Part shown: positions 36,595 to 48,418 of the stretch, one piece after another
Numbering within the stretch: the first letter of the stretch is position 1
Layout: every line of letters begins with the position of its first letter
Assembly: GCF_039654945.1 (NCBI RefSeq)
Contig: NW_027361699.1
Coordinates: forward strand, 21,018,001-21,082,000
Source of the DNA: Dendrobates tinctorius
Taxonomy: Eukaryota
Reading direction: 5' to 3'
Length of the DNA stretch: 64,000 nt
Made by a program: the position numbers and the translations under genes
Notes under the pieces: generated by a model
What the model saw: the letters and a program-made list of their open reading frames with translations, nothing else
The model's database searches: none
Told to the model about the DNA's origin: nothing

Positions 36595-37815
36595 CACTCA
36601 CTGGCCACTTTATTAGGTACACCATGCTAGTAAGGGGTTGGACCCCCTTTTGCCTTCAGAACTGCCTCAATTCTTCGTGGCAGAGATTCAACAAGGTGCT
36701 GGAAGCATTCCTCAGAGATTTTGGACCATATTGACATGATGGCATCACACAGTTGGCGCAGATTTGTCGGCTGCACATCCCTGATGCGAATCTCCCGTTC
36801 CACCACATCCCAAAGATGCTCTATTGGATTGAGATCTGGTGACTGAGGAGGCCATTTGAGTACAGTAAACTCATTGTCATGTTCAAGAAACCAATCTGAG
36901 ATGATTCGAGCTTTATGACATGGCGCATTATCCTGCTGAAAGTAGCCATCAGATGTTGGGTACATTGTGGTCATAAAGGGATGGACATGGTCAGCAACAA
37001 TACTCAGGTAGGCTGTGGCGTTGCAACGATGCTCAATTGGTACCAAGGGGCCCAAAGAGTGCCCAGAAAAAATTCCCCACACCATGACACCACCACCACC
37101 AGCCTGAACCGTTGATACAAGGCAGGATGGATCCATGCTTTCATGTTGTTTACGCCAAATTCTGACCCTACCATCCGAATGTCGCAGCAGAAATCGAGAC
37201 TCATCAGACCAGGCAACGTTTTTCCAATCTTCTACTGTCCAATTTCGATGAGCTTGTGCAAATTGTAGCCTCAGTTTCCTGTTCTTAGCTGAGAGGAGTG
37301 GTACCCAGTGTGGTCTTCTGCTGCTGTAGCCCATCTGCCTCAAAGTTCGACGCACTGTGCGTTCAGAGATGCTCTTCTGCCTACCTTGGTTGTAACGGGT
37401 GGCAATTTGAGTCACTGTTGCCTTTCTATCAGCTCGAACCAGTCTGCCCATTCTCCTCTGACCTCTGGCATCAACATGGCATTTCCGGCCACAGAACTGC
37501 CGCTCACTGGATTTTTTTTCTTTTTCGGACCATTCTCTGTAAACCCTAGAGATGGTTGTGCGTGAAAATCCCAGTAGATCAGCAGTTTCTGAAATTCTCA
37601 GACCAGCCCTTCTGGCACCAACAATCATGCCACGTTCAAAGGCACTCAAATCACCTTTCTTCCCCATACTGATGCTCGGTTTGAACTGCAGGAGATTGTC
37701 TTGACCATGTCTACATGCCTAAATGCACTGAGTTGCCGCCATGTGATTGGCTGATTAGAAATTAAGTCTTAACACACAGTTGGACAGGTGTACCTAATAA
37801 AGTGGCCAGTGAGTG
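36595..37815 (-). mobile_element. DD36E (Incomer-like) Tc1/mariner transposon, full length
   Basis: TA|CACTCACTGGCCACTTTATTAGGTACACC perfect 29-bp TIRs|TA; 1221 bp. Confidence 0.95.
36627..37667 (-). CDS. transposase, intact 346 aa, DD36E
   Basis: [21 protein letters not shown]; 36 residues counted between D and E. Confidence 0.95.
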   Translation of the reverse strand: MGKKGDLSAFERGMIVGARRAGLRISETADLLGFSRTTISRVYREWSEKEKKSSERQFCGRKCHVDARGQRRMGRLVRADRKATVTQIATRYNQGRQKSISERTVRRTLRQMGYSSRRPHWVPLLSAKNRKLRLQFAQAHRNWTVEDWKNVAWSDESRFLLRHSDGRVRIWRKQHESMDPSCLVSTVQAGGGGVMVWGIFSGHSLGPLVPIEHRCNATAYLSIVADHVHPFMTTMYPTSDGYFQQDNAPCHKARIISDWFLEHDNEFTVLKWPPQSPDLNPIEHLWDVVEREIRIRDVQPTNLRQLCDAIMSIWSKISEECFQHLVESLPRRIEAVLKAKGGPTPY

Positions 37816-38416
37816 TATATGCTGTGTCATGACTTGAAAGCCCCCCCTGCAGGTCGGGTGACCGGGGTCAATGAAAGGTCACCCGACCCGCAGGTACAGG
37901 GGGCTTTGTACTTCACCCCAGGGGGGGTGGCTTCACCCCCACATGGCTACGATCACTCTGTCTGTTAAGTGAAACAGCCAATCAGAGCGATAGTAATATT
38001 TCATCAATTAAATATGATGAAATATTACAATCCAGCCACGGCCGATGCTGCAGTAGCATCGGACATGGCTGGAGACACCAATCCGACCCCCCCCCCCTCC
38101 GTCTAACGGAGGCGATGTGCCCCCCGCCACCAAATGACAGCGGCGATCTGCCACCCCCACCTTGCCTCCGCTCTCCCCCAGCTTCCGATTTGCCCCCCCC
38201 AACTCCCCCGGTACCTATTATGTTCCTCTGGCCGTCCCGATGTCCCGGATCATGGGCGCCGCCATCTTGGCAACGCTGCAGATTCATTCATTCATTTTGA
38301 TCACTGTGATAAACTTTCACAGTGATCAAAATAAAAAAAAGTAAATAAATCCCCCCTTTATCACCCCCATAGGTAGGCACAAATAATAAAATCAAGAAAT
38401 TATTTTTATTTTTCTA

Positions 38417-38580
38417 TTAGGGTTGGAATTTGAGTTAGGGGTGGAATTAGGGTTAGGGGTGGAATTAGGGTTAGGCTTGTGGTTAGGGTTAGAGTTGGGA
38501 TTAGGGTTAGGGGTGTGGTTAGGGTTATGATTAGGGTTAGGGATGTGTTGGAGTTAGGGTTAGAGTTAGAATTGAGGGGT
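38417..38580 (+). repeat. degenerate telomere-like (TTAGGG)n tract
   Basis: ttagggttagggg(t)ggaa-type variants inside the 36531-40944 element. Confidence 0.85.
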
Positions 38581-40420
38581 TTCCACAGTTTAGGCACATC
38601 ACGGGGTCTCCAAACGCGACATGGCGCCACCATTTATTCTAGCCAATTTTGCGTTCAAAAAGTCAAAACAGTGCTGCCTCCATTCCGAGCCCCGATGTGT
38701 GCCCAAACAGTGGTTTACTCCCACATATGGGGTATCCGCATACTCAGGAAAAATTGCACAACAACTATGGGGGTCTAATTTCTCCTGTTACCCTTGGGAA
38801 AATAAAAAATTGGGGGCTAAAAAAAATTATTTTTGTGGGAAAAAAATGATTTTTTATTTTCACGGCTCTGCGTTATAAACTTCTGTGAAGCCCTTGGGGG
38901 TTCAAAGTGCTCACAACACATCTAGATAAGCTCCATGGGGGGTCTAGTTTCCAAAATGGGGTCACTTGTGGGGGGTTTCTACTGTTTAGGCACATCAGGG
39001 GCTCTGCAAACGTAACATGACGCCCGCAGACCATTCCATCAAGTCAGCATTTCAAAACGTCACTACTTCCCTTCCGAGCCCCGACATGTGCCCAAAGAGT
39101 GGTTTCCCCCCACATATGGGGTACCAGCGTACTCAGGACAAACTGGACAATAACTTTTGGGGTCCAATTTCTCCTGTTACCATTGTGAAAATAAAAAATA
39201 GCAGGCTAAAAAATCATTTTTTGAGGAAAAAAAAATTTATTTCACGGCTCTGCGTTATAGACGTCTGTGAAGCACCTGGGTGTTCTAAGTGCTCACTATG
39301 CATCTAGATAAGTTCCTTATGGGGTCTAGTTTCCAAAATGGGGTCATTTGTGGGGGAGCTCCAAAGTTTAGGCACACAGGGGCTCTCCAAACACGACATG
39401 GTGTCCGCTAACTATTGGAGCTAATTTTCCATTCAAAAAGTCAAATGGCGCGCCCTGCTGTGCGCCCAAACAGTGGTTTCCCCCCCACATATGGTGTACC
39501 AGCGTACTCAGGAAAAACTTGACAACTTTTGAGGTCCAATTTATGCTGTTACCTTTGGGAAAATAGAAAATAGCGGGCTAAAAAATCATTTTTGAGGGAA
39601 AAACATTTTTTATTTTCATGGCTCTGTGTTTCTAAACTTCTGTGAAGCACTTGGGGGTTCAAAGTGCTCACTACACATCTAGATATGCTCCTTGGGGGGG
39701 TCTAGTTTCCAAAATGGGGTCACTTGTGGGGGCGTTTCTGTTTAGGCACATCAGGGGCTCTGCAAACGCAACATAAAGCCCGCGGAACATTCCATCAAAG
39801 TCTGCATTCTGAAATGGCGCTCCTTCCCTTCTGAGCTCTCCCATGCGCCCAAACAGTTGTCCCCCCATATATGGGGTATCGGTGTACACTGGACCACAAA
39901 AGTTGTTGTGCAATTTGTCCTATTTCTCCTGTTAGCCTTGTGAAAATAAAAAATAGCGGGCTAAAAAAATCATTTTTGAGGAAAAAAAATGATTGTTTAT
40001 TTTCACTGCTCTGCATTATAAACTTCTGTGAAGCACTTGGGGGTTCAAAGTGCTCAGCACACATCTAGATAAGTTCCTTCGGGGGTCTAGTTTCCAAAAT
40101 TGGGTCACTTGTGGGGGAGCACCAATGTTTAGGCACACAGGGACAACCACGACATGGCAACCGCCAAATATTCCAGCATATTTTCCATTCAAAAAGTCAA
40201 ATGGCGCTCCTTCCCTTCTGAGCCCTGCTGTGAACCCAAACAATGGTTTATGCCCACATATGAGGTATCGGTGTACTCAGGAGTAATTTTAGGATCCATT
40301 TTATCCTGTTGCCCATGTGAAAATGGAAAAAATTGATGCTAAAACGAAAATTTTTGTTGGAAAAATTAAAATGTCCATTTTTTCCTTCCACGTTGCTTTA
40401 GTTCCTGTGAAGCACCTGAA
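38581..40420 (+). repeat. ~390-bp internal tandem repeat x ~5
   Basis: gtttaggcaca recurs near 38589, 38983, 39366, 39740 and 40127; ggggtctagtttccaaaat recurs with the same period. Confidence 0.85.
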
Positions 40421-41348
40421 GGGTTAATCTTCTTGAATGTAGTTTTGAGTAGCTTGAGGGGGCAGTTTTTAGAATGGGTATTTTCTGCCATATAGACCCC
40501 TCAAAGTGACTTCAAATGTGAGGTGGTCCCTAAAAAAAATGGTTTTGTAAATTTTGTTGTAAAAATGAGAACTCACTGGTCAACTTTTAACCCTTATAAC
40601 ATCGTAACAAAAAAAAAATTTGTTTCCAAAATTGTGCTGATGTAAAGTAGACATGTTGGAAATGTTATTTATTAACTATTTAGTGTCACGTAACTCTCTG
40701 GTTTAACAGAATAACAAATTTTAAAAATTTTCACCAAATTTCCAATTTTTTCACAAATAAACGCAAAAATTATCGACCTAAATTTACCACTAACATGAAG
40801 CCCAATATGTCACAAAAAAAAATCTCAGAATCGCTAGGATCCGTTGAAGTGTTCCTGTGTTATTACCTCATAAAGGGACACTGGTCAGAATTGCAAAAAA
40901 ATGGCCAGGTCATTAAGGTCAAAATAGGCTTGGTGATGAAGGGGTTAACCCTTCAGGTGCTTCACAGGAATTTTTGGAATGTGGAATGAAAAAAATGAAT
41001 ATTTACTTTATCTCACAAAAATTATTTTTTAGCCTTAAATTTTGCATTTTAACAAAAATGACAGGAGAAATTTCACCATAAAATGTGTTGTGCAATGTCT
41101 CCTGAGTACGCAAATACCCCATATGTGGGAGAAAACTAGCGTTTGGGAGCACGGCAGGGCTCAGAATGGAAGGAGCACCAGTTGACTTTCTGAATGAAAA
41201 ATTAGCTGGAATAATTAGCAGACGCTTTGTCGCGTTTGGAGAATCCCTGATGTGCCTAAACAGTGGAATCCCCAACATCTAGATGTGTTGTGAGCACCTT
41301 GAACCCCCAGGTATTTCACAGAAGTTTGTAACATTGAGTAGTGGGGAG

Positions 41349-41381
<33 letters not shown>

Positions 41382-41698
41382 CATTTTTCCCACAAAATAT
41401 AATTTTAGTCTTTTTTTTATTTTCACAAGGGTAAGAGGGAAAAAAAATAGACCCCAAAATTTTCAATTTCTCTTGAGTATGCAGATACCTCATATGTGGT
41501 CAAAAGCTACTTTTGAGGCACATTGCAAGGCTCCATATCGGAGATCAGATTTTGCTGGACTGTTTTGACGGTGTCATGTCACATTGGCAGAGCCCCTCAG
41601 GTGCCAGAGAAACAGAACCCCCTCATAAGAGACCTTATTTTTACAAAGTAAATCTCTCAATTAATTCATCTAAAGGTGAAGTGCTCATATTGACACTA

Positions 41699-43268
41699 CA
41701 CTGTGTTCCAAATTATTATGCAAATTAGATTTAAGTGTCATAAAGATGTAATTTTTTGTTTATCAAATAAACTCATAGATGGTATTGTGTATAAATGGCT
41801 CTTTGGATCACTGAAATCAATCTCAAATGCCTGTGATAATTAGTTTACCAGGTGAGCTCAATTAAAGGAAAGCTACTTAAGAATGATGTTCCACATCATT
41901 AAGCAGGGCACAGGTTTCAAAGAATTTATGAAATAAAAAGGATCTCTCTGCTGCTGAAAAGCATCAAATAGTGCAATGCCTTGGTCAAGAGATGAAAACA
42001 TTAGATATTTCCCAAAAACTTAAACGTGATCATTGTACTGTTAAGAGATTTGTGGTTGATTCTGAGCACAGACATGTTTGTGCTGATAAAGGCAGAATGA
42101 GGAAGGTTTCTGCCAGGCAAGTTCATTGGATTAAGAGAGTGGCTGCTAAAAAGCCATTACAAACCAGCAAACAGATATTTAAAGCTGCTGGTGCCTCTGG
42201 AGTCCCTCGAGCCTCAAGGTGTAGGATCCTTCAAAGGCTTGCTGTGGTGCATAAATCTACTATTCGGCCACCCCTAAACAGTGTTCACAAGCAGAAATGG
42301 TTGCAGTGGGCCCAGACATACATGAAGACTAATTTTCAAACAGTCTTGTTTACTGATGAGTGTTGAGCAACCCTGGATGGTCCAGATGGATGGAGTAGTG
42401 GATGGTTGGTGGATGGCCACTATGTCCCAACAAGGCTGCGACGTCAGCAAGGAGGTGGAGGAGTCATGTTTTGGGCCGGAATCATGGGGAAACAGCTGGT
42501 AAGGTCCTTTAAGGTTCCTGAAGGTGTGAAAATGACCTTTGCAAAGTATATAGAGTTTCTGACTGACAGCTGTCTTCCATGGTATTAAAAGCAGAAACGT
42601 GCCTTCAGGAGCAAAATCATCTTCATGCATGACATGCACCATCTCATGCTGCAAAGAATACCTCTGAGTCATTGACTGCTATGGACATAAAAGGAGATAA
42701 ACTCATGGTGTGGCCACCATCTTCCCCTGACCTCAACCCTATAGAGAACCTTTGGAGTATCATCAAGCAAAAGATCTATGAGGGTGGGAGGCAGTTCACA
42801 TCAAAACAGCAGCTCTGGGAGGCTATTCTGACTTCATGCTAAGAAATACAAGCAGAAACTCTCCAAAATCTCACAATTTCAATGGATTCAAGAATTGTGA
42901 AGGTGATATCAAAGAAGGGTTCCTATGTTAACATGTAACTTGGCCTGTTAAGCTATTTAACTCCAAAATATCCTTTTTCTTCAGTGAATGTGACCTCCTA
43001 ATGCTGCAAATTCCACAAAAGAGCATTTTCAGTTCTTTAAAACATATCAAATGTTTAGAAATTCTACTGTGCCTAATAATTTGGAACAGTGCAATTTGAG
43101 TTTTTATTCATTTTGGAGATTATACTGTTATTATTGGGAGGTTTCTTCAACAAAATTTGATGTATACTCTAACCGGTGATGACTTTTATTAGACTGACTG
43201 TCATTTGTACCGACTATTTAGGAAAATCAGAGAAAAATATCATTTGCATAATAATTTGGAACACAGTG
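41699..43268 (+). mobile_element. DD37E (TRT-like) Tc1 transposon, decayed
   Basis: TA|CACTGTGTTCCAAATTATTATGCAAAT TIRs|TA; [25 protein letters not shown]; several stops and a 1-nt loss at HD(N)AP. Confidence 0.9.
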
Positions 43269-45228
43269 TACATGTGGGTCACAAAAATTTATACCATTGG
43301 GTTGTGAAGGAAAAAACAATTACATTTTACCACAAAAATTTTGTTTTAGCCCAATATTTTACATTTTCACACTTGGAAATGCGTAACAATGGCATCCACA
43401 ATCTCTGCTGAAAGAAGAAACATCTCATATGTGGCTGTACAGTCCTACTTAGCCATACGGCAAGACCAGGGAGGGACTGAGCAGCACTGTTTGCCTCCTG
43501 GAGCGCAGATTTTCCTAGACTAGTTTGCTATACTCCATATACAGAGCCCCTAAGTGATGGGAGAGCAGAATCCCCCTTCAAGTGACCCTATTTTGGAAAT
43601 TATACCTCTTTGGGAATTTATCTATAGGTGTAGTGACTATTTTTACGCCATGGATGTTTTCCAGAAACAAGCAGCAGTGGATTGTTGCAGAATTGAAGAT
43701 TGCAAACTGCTGTTGTGGTACCCAGCTCATGCTTCTGGAGACACGTACCTGCAAATTAGACAGGCTCTCATCGCTACAGCAATGTCAAACATGTGGGCTT
43801 TAAATGTGGTTTACACATACTGTGGCCCAGAAGGGAGGGGGGAATTTGGATTTGAGAGTGCAGAATTTGCTGAATTTCTATTGGAGGGCAAAGGTCATTT
43901 CGCTTTTCCACAGCCTTTGTACTATCAGCAACATGGAAGCCTCTGTATTTCCATTCACAGATGATGGACCTAAGTGGACTTGCTTTTTTGTGGATTGAAT
44001 TGAATCTTTTAAAGGGAACATTTTACATAACGTTTGGGATCACATTTATCTGGCGCGCTCTATGCTGAACACTTACTTTGGGGTTTCCATCTAAATCTCT
44101 GAGTGACGAGATTCTGATGAAACCCTGAGGGATCCATTCTGTATAATGAGGCAGCAGAGTTCCTCTGAACTCAGTCTTGCCTCTGTTCAATGGGTTGGGT
44201 CCTACTTTTCAGAAGTAAACAAAACTGTGGCATGTGGCACTTTTATGCACGCCCAATAAAAAGACGGACACCACCAGTTCACAGGCCAGACAGCATCCAC
44301 AGTGCTACCATCTGTCTCATTATAAGGAATCTTCCGCTAGGGGTTCCGACTGAATCACATTTTTCAGAGATTTACAAGGAAACTCAGATGTATGAGCTCA
44401 GCACACAGCGCAGGATAAATGTGGGCAGAGTCTTACTGCGATGCTTTGTGAGGCAGAATAAGAAAAAAAAAAAAAAACAACACCATCAGGTGAACAATTG
44501 GTTTATTTTTTTACGACGTTCCTGATTAGAAGACTTTATTGTTCGGGCCGGTGAGATTACAGCGATACCAGATTTATATTGGGCTGCTGTAACACACTAA
44601 AAAACACTTTTTGCTTCGCCCTATTTTGAAAGCTATCATTTCTCCATATTTCATCAGACAGTCATGTGAGGGCTTGTTTTTTGCCGGACAAGTTGACGTT
44701 TTTATTGGTACCATTTTTGGGCACATGACATTTTTTTGGTCGCTTACTACTATGATATTTGGGAAGTACAATAAATAAAAACCAACAATGCAGGAATTGT
44801 TTTTTGTTTTTTTTATGCCGTTCCACATGTGGTAAAATTGATAAGGCAGCTTTATTCTACAGGTCAATATGATTACACACATTTATATACATCTTTTTTA
44901 GGTTTTGGAGCTTTTACACAATAAAACCTTTTTATTTTAACCCCTTAATGACAGCCAATATGTCTTTTTACTGACCTGAGATATAAGGCTGTGTGCACAT
45001 GCTGCGGATTAGGTGCGGATTCATCCGCGCGGATTTTGTAAAATCCGTAGGTGAAACCGCAGGTCAAAATACCTGCGGTTTTACCTGCGGATTGCTCTGC
45101 GGTTTTGCCCTGAGGTTTTTCATCTCCTCAATGGAGGAGATGGCAAACAGCAGGAGAATCCGCAGAAAGAATTGACATGTCAATTCTTTCTGCGGATTGA
45201 AAACCAATACAAAAGGATTTTTTTATTG

Positions 45229-45280
45229 TTGCAGTCTGTAAACGTTTCGGTCTTATTTAGACCTTCATCAGTCTGCAGTT
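45229..45280 (-). ncRNA. hammerhead ribozyme motif (sense to tjp2)
   Basis: tgcaga-CTGATGA-A-GGTCT-aaata-AGACC-GAAA-cgtttacagactgca; stem I imperfect. Confidence 0.68.
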
Positions 45281-46093
45281 AAACATAAAACAAAGGACAA
45301 AATAAAGCAAAATACAAGTTCTCATACAAAACAGAGGAGCAATATCAACATTTCATGATATAAGCATAGTGATATAACTGATGAGTGCACAAAACCCATG
45401 ATTATCCATAACAATGACAATAGTGATAAAGTAACAGGGAGTGGGAAAGAGAGGGGGAAGCGGGAGGAGGAGCGAGAAGACCTACCCCCGACTGCTTGTC
45501 ACAGAAGGATTAAGGTGTAAAATTGTATACACAGGATTGGAGTAATGGGCTCCTAAATGGGAGGAATATGTATACATGTAGTTGTTATAATATGAAGGGC
45601 AGGTATATGTAAAAAGTCAGTAGTGTATAGCTACCTTAAAATGTTTATGAAGTTCGGTAAAGGAGTTGCTCCTAACATATGTGGCAGCTACCTGTAGCAA
45701 GATAGCATATAGTAGACCTTATTGGGTTGCGGTCTTAATACTGGCATAGAATGTGCCTATAATAGGATTACAGTCCTGGTGCCACAGGGGCTGGAACAGA
45801 GAATTAAATATAAATTTATAAAAAGGAATACAGCAGAGATATATATAAACGGATCTCTAGGTATCCGTAGTGCTACCTTAATGTGCTCCGTATAAAGGGT
45901 CCCTGCTGTGTAAATAAGGTGAGGGGGACAGTTGACCTATAAATATATGTCTGTCCTCCAGAGGCTGCTATTGAGTAAAAGGGAGGCAGTGATGTACAAT
46001 TGTGGACAATAAAGAGAGCGCCGAGTCAGAGGGACTTACCAGTGGTGGCCAGGGGTTATATATATCTCTGCTATATTCCTTTTTATAAATTTA

Positions 46094-47047
46094 CTAGCTA
46101 TGAACCCATTCTACGCCTGGGTGGCGAGCATTTTTATTGGTACATGGTCTCCTTTCCTAGTATGTGCTGCCCCCCCTCCTATCCTGGTATGCATGGTCCC
46201 CATACCCCCCAATCCTGGAATGTATGGTACCCCTCATCTCCCAATCCTGGTATGCATGGTTCCCCTCACCCCCCTATCCTGGTATGCATGGTCCCCTCAC
46301 CCCCTATCCTGGTATGCATGGTCCCCTCACCCCCTATCCTGGTACGCATGGTCCCCTCACCGCCCTTTCCTGGTATGCATGGTCCCCTCAACCCCCAGTC
46401 CTGGATCGCATGGTCCCCTAACCCCCCAAATCCTGGTATGCATGGTCCTCTCACCCCCTCTTTTCTGGTATGCATGGCCCTCTTACCCCCCTTTCCTGGT
46501 ATGCATGGTCCCCTCACCCCCCTTTCCTGGTATGCATGGTCCCCTCACCCCCCTTTCCTGGTATGAATGGTCCCCCTCAGCCCTATTAAACAGCACACAC
46601 AAAAAAAAAAATTATACTCACCTTTTTTTTCCTGAGTTCCAGCGCTGTCACATTCTGCTGGAGGCCGGGGGAGGAGTGCGGCAGAGTACGTGCATGCCCA
46701 TACCGCGCGGTCCAGCGCCATATTGCTGAAGACACACTGCAAATGTGTCTTCAGTAAAATGGTGCTGGATAGCGCTATGCGCAATCGCGATACTCACGCG
46801 CACTCTGGCCCCGTTCTCCGGCTCGAAGAGAAGCGCCGCGGCAACGCTCCTCCCGGTCACGTAAGTATGCAAGTATGGCGCCGGAAATCGCGGTAAACAG
46901 TGTGTATGGTACCGCCATCTCCGGCGCCATACACACTCCTCACCGCTGGATGCCTCATTCTGTCTGGAGCCAGACTGCGCAGGCCCGTCGCACTTGTGCA
47001 GTCTATAAAGGCTTCAGACAGTGACGCTCCCACGGTTATAATATAGA
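46094..47047 (-). mobile_element. non-autonomous Helitron with ~30-bp minisatellite
   Basis: Minus strand a|TCTATATTATAA ... CCCAggcgtagaaTGGG ttcatag CTAG|t; removal restores an exact match to the opposite palindrome arm. Confidence 0.88.
46170..46580 (+). repeat. ~30-bp minisatellite x ~13
   Basis: tcctggtatgcatggtcccctcaccccct units. Confidence 0.95.
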
Positions 47048-47678
47048 TATTTAATTCTCTGTGGCACCAGGACTGTAATCCTATTATAGGCACATTCTAT
47101 GCCAGTACTAAGACTGCAACCCAATAAGGTCTACTATATGCTATCTTGCTACAGGCAGCTACCACATATGTTCATATTATAATTATTATGGACTACATTG
47201 GCTCATATCATGTATTGGCTTTTCCTCAATTTTTTCTATTTTTACTGTAGTTATATCCATTTTCAACACGTGAATTGTGATAGGAGCAACTCATTTACCG
47301 AACTTCATAAACATTTTGAGGTAGCTATACACTACTGTCTTTTTACATATACCTGCCCTTCATATTATAATAACTACATGTATACATATTCCTCCCATTT
47401 AGGAGCCCATTACTCCAATCCGGTGTATACAATTTTACACCTTAATCCTTCTGTGACAAGCAGTCGGGTAGGTCTCCTCGCTCCTCCTCCTGCTTCCCCA
47501 TCTCTTTCCCACTTCCTGTTACTTTATCACTATTGTCATTGTTATGAATAATCACAGGTTTTGTACGCTCATCCGTTATGTCACTATGCTTATATCATGA
47601 AGTGTTGATATTGCTTCTCTATTTTGTATGAGGACTTGTATTTTGCTTTATTTTTTTGTCCTTTATTGTTTTATGTTT

Positions 47679-47730
47679 AACTGCAGACTGATGAAGGTCT
47701 AGATAAGACCGAAACGTTTACAGACTGCAA
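47679..47730 (+). ncRNA. hammerhead ribozyme motif
   Basis: tgcaga-CTGATGA-A-GGTCT-agata-AGACC-GAAA-cgtttacagactgca. Confidence 0.68.
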
Positions 47731-48033
47731 AAATAGAAAATCCTTTTGCAATGACATCCTAAGTTGAGTGCCAAGTTCTTTATTTTATTGCACATTGGTT
47801 TTGGTAACCTACTTGAGCACCTCACTGTAGTGCCACGCTATACTTCACAAACGATCAGTGTTGTCACATCCATATCTGTTTTACCTCTTAGGTGCTGATG
47901 TCAAAAGTGACTACATCAAATAAATGGTTAAAAGATTGTGGGGGCTTCCGCTTTAATCTAATTGACACACTGAGACTATGATTGTGTGGTCCTGATGTTT
48001 GCTATAGCAGTTCAAGGCCAAATAGCGGCCTTA

Positions 48034-48418
48034 AGGGGGTTTTACACATAGCGATATCGCTAAGGCATCACCGAGTTGGTGACGCAGCAGCGATATAGCT
48101 AGCGATATCGCTATGTGTGATACTTACCTCCGACCGGCTCCCCCGCTGTCCATCGCTGATCGCGCAGCTCCATTTCTCGTCGGGCGCTTCCTGCTGGGCT
48201 TCCTGCTGGCGCCGAAGAGCGACGCGTGGACGCGGACGGAGGACGTCAGAATCGCTGCGTCTGAAAGGTAAGTATCGTCCGCTGTATCGCTGCTGCATCG
48301 CTGTGAGATCTTCCTGTGTGGAAGCTCACTAGCGATCATTTAGCGATGCACCAGCGATCCTGACCGGGTCATATCACTGGTCGGGATCACTGGTGCATCG
48401 CTAAATGTAAAGGGGCCT
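48034..48418. mobile_element. Tourist-like MITE
   Basis: TTA flanks; ttacacatagcgat / atcgctaaatgtaa inverted ends; empty site resembles 35461-35480. Confidence 0.75.

Larger units (their letters stand above)
45200..47830 (+). mobile_element. Penelope-derived long fold-back element with a hammerhead motif at both outer ends
   Basis: 45210-45848 is the inverse of 46056-46093 + 47048-47748. Confidence 0.8.

Noticed and set aside
38406-38778. True telomere or chromosome-fusion site
   Set aside because: Short, degenerate, single orientation and internal to a transposon
45378-45396. CTGATGA-GTGCAC-AAAAC as a further hammerhead
   Set aside because: Lacks GAAA, and the twin arm reads CGGATGA; likely coincidental
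46000-46729. 188-aa and 209-aa ORFs
   Set aside because: Translations of a stop-free 30-bp minisatellite inside a Helitron
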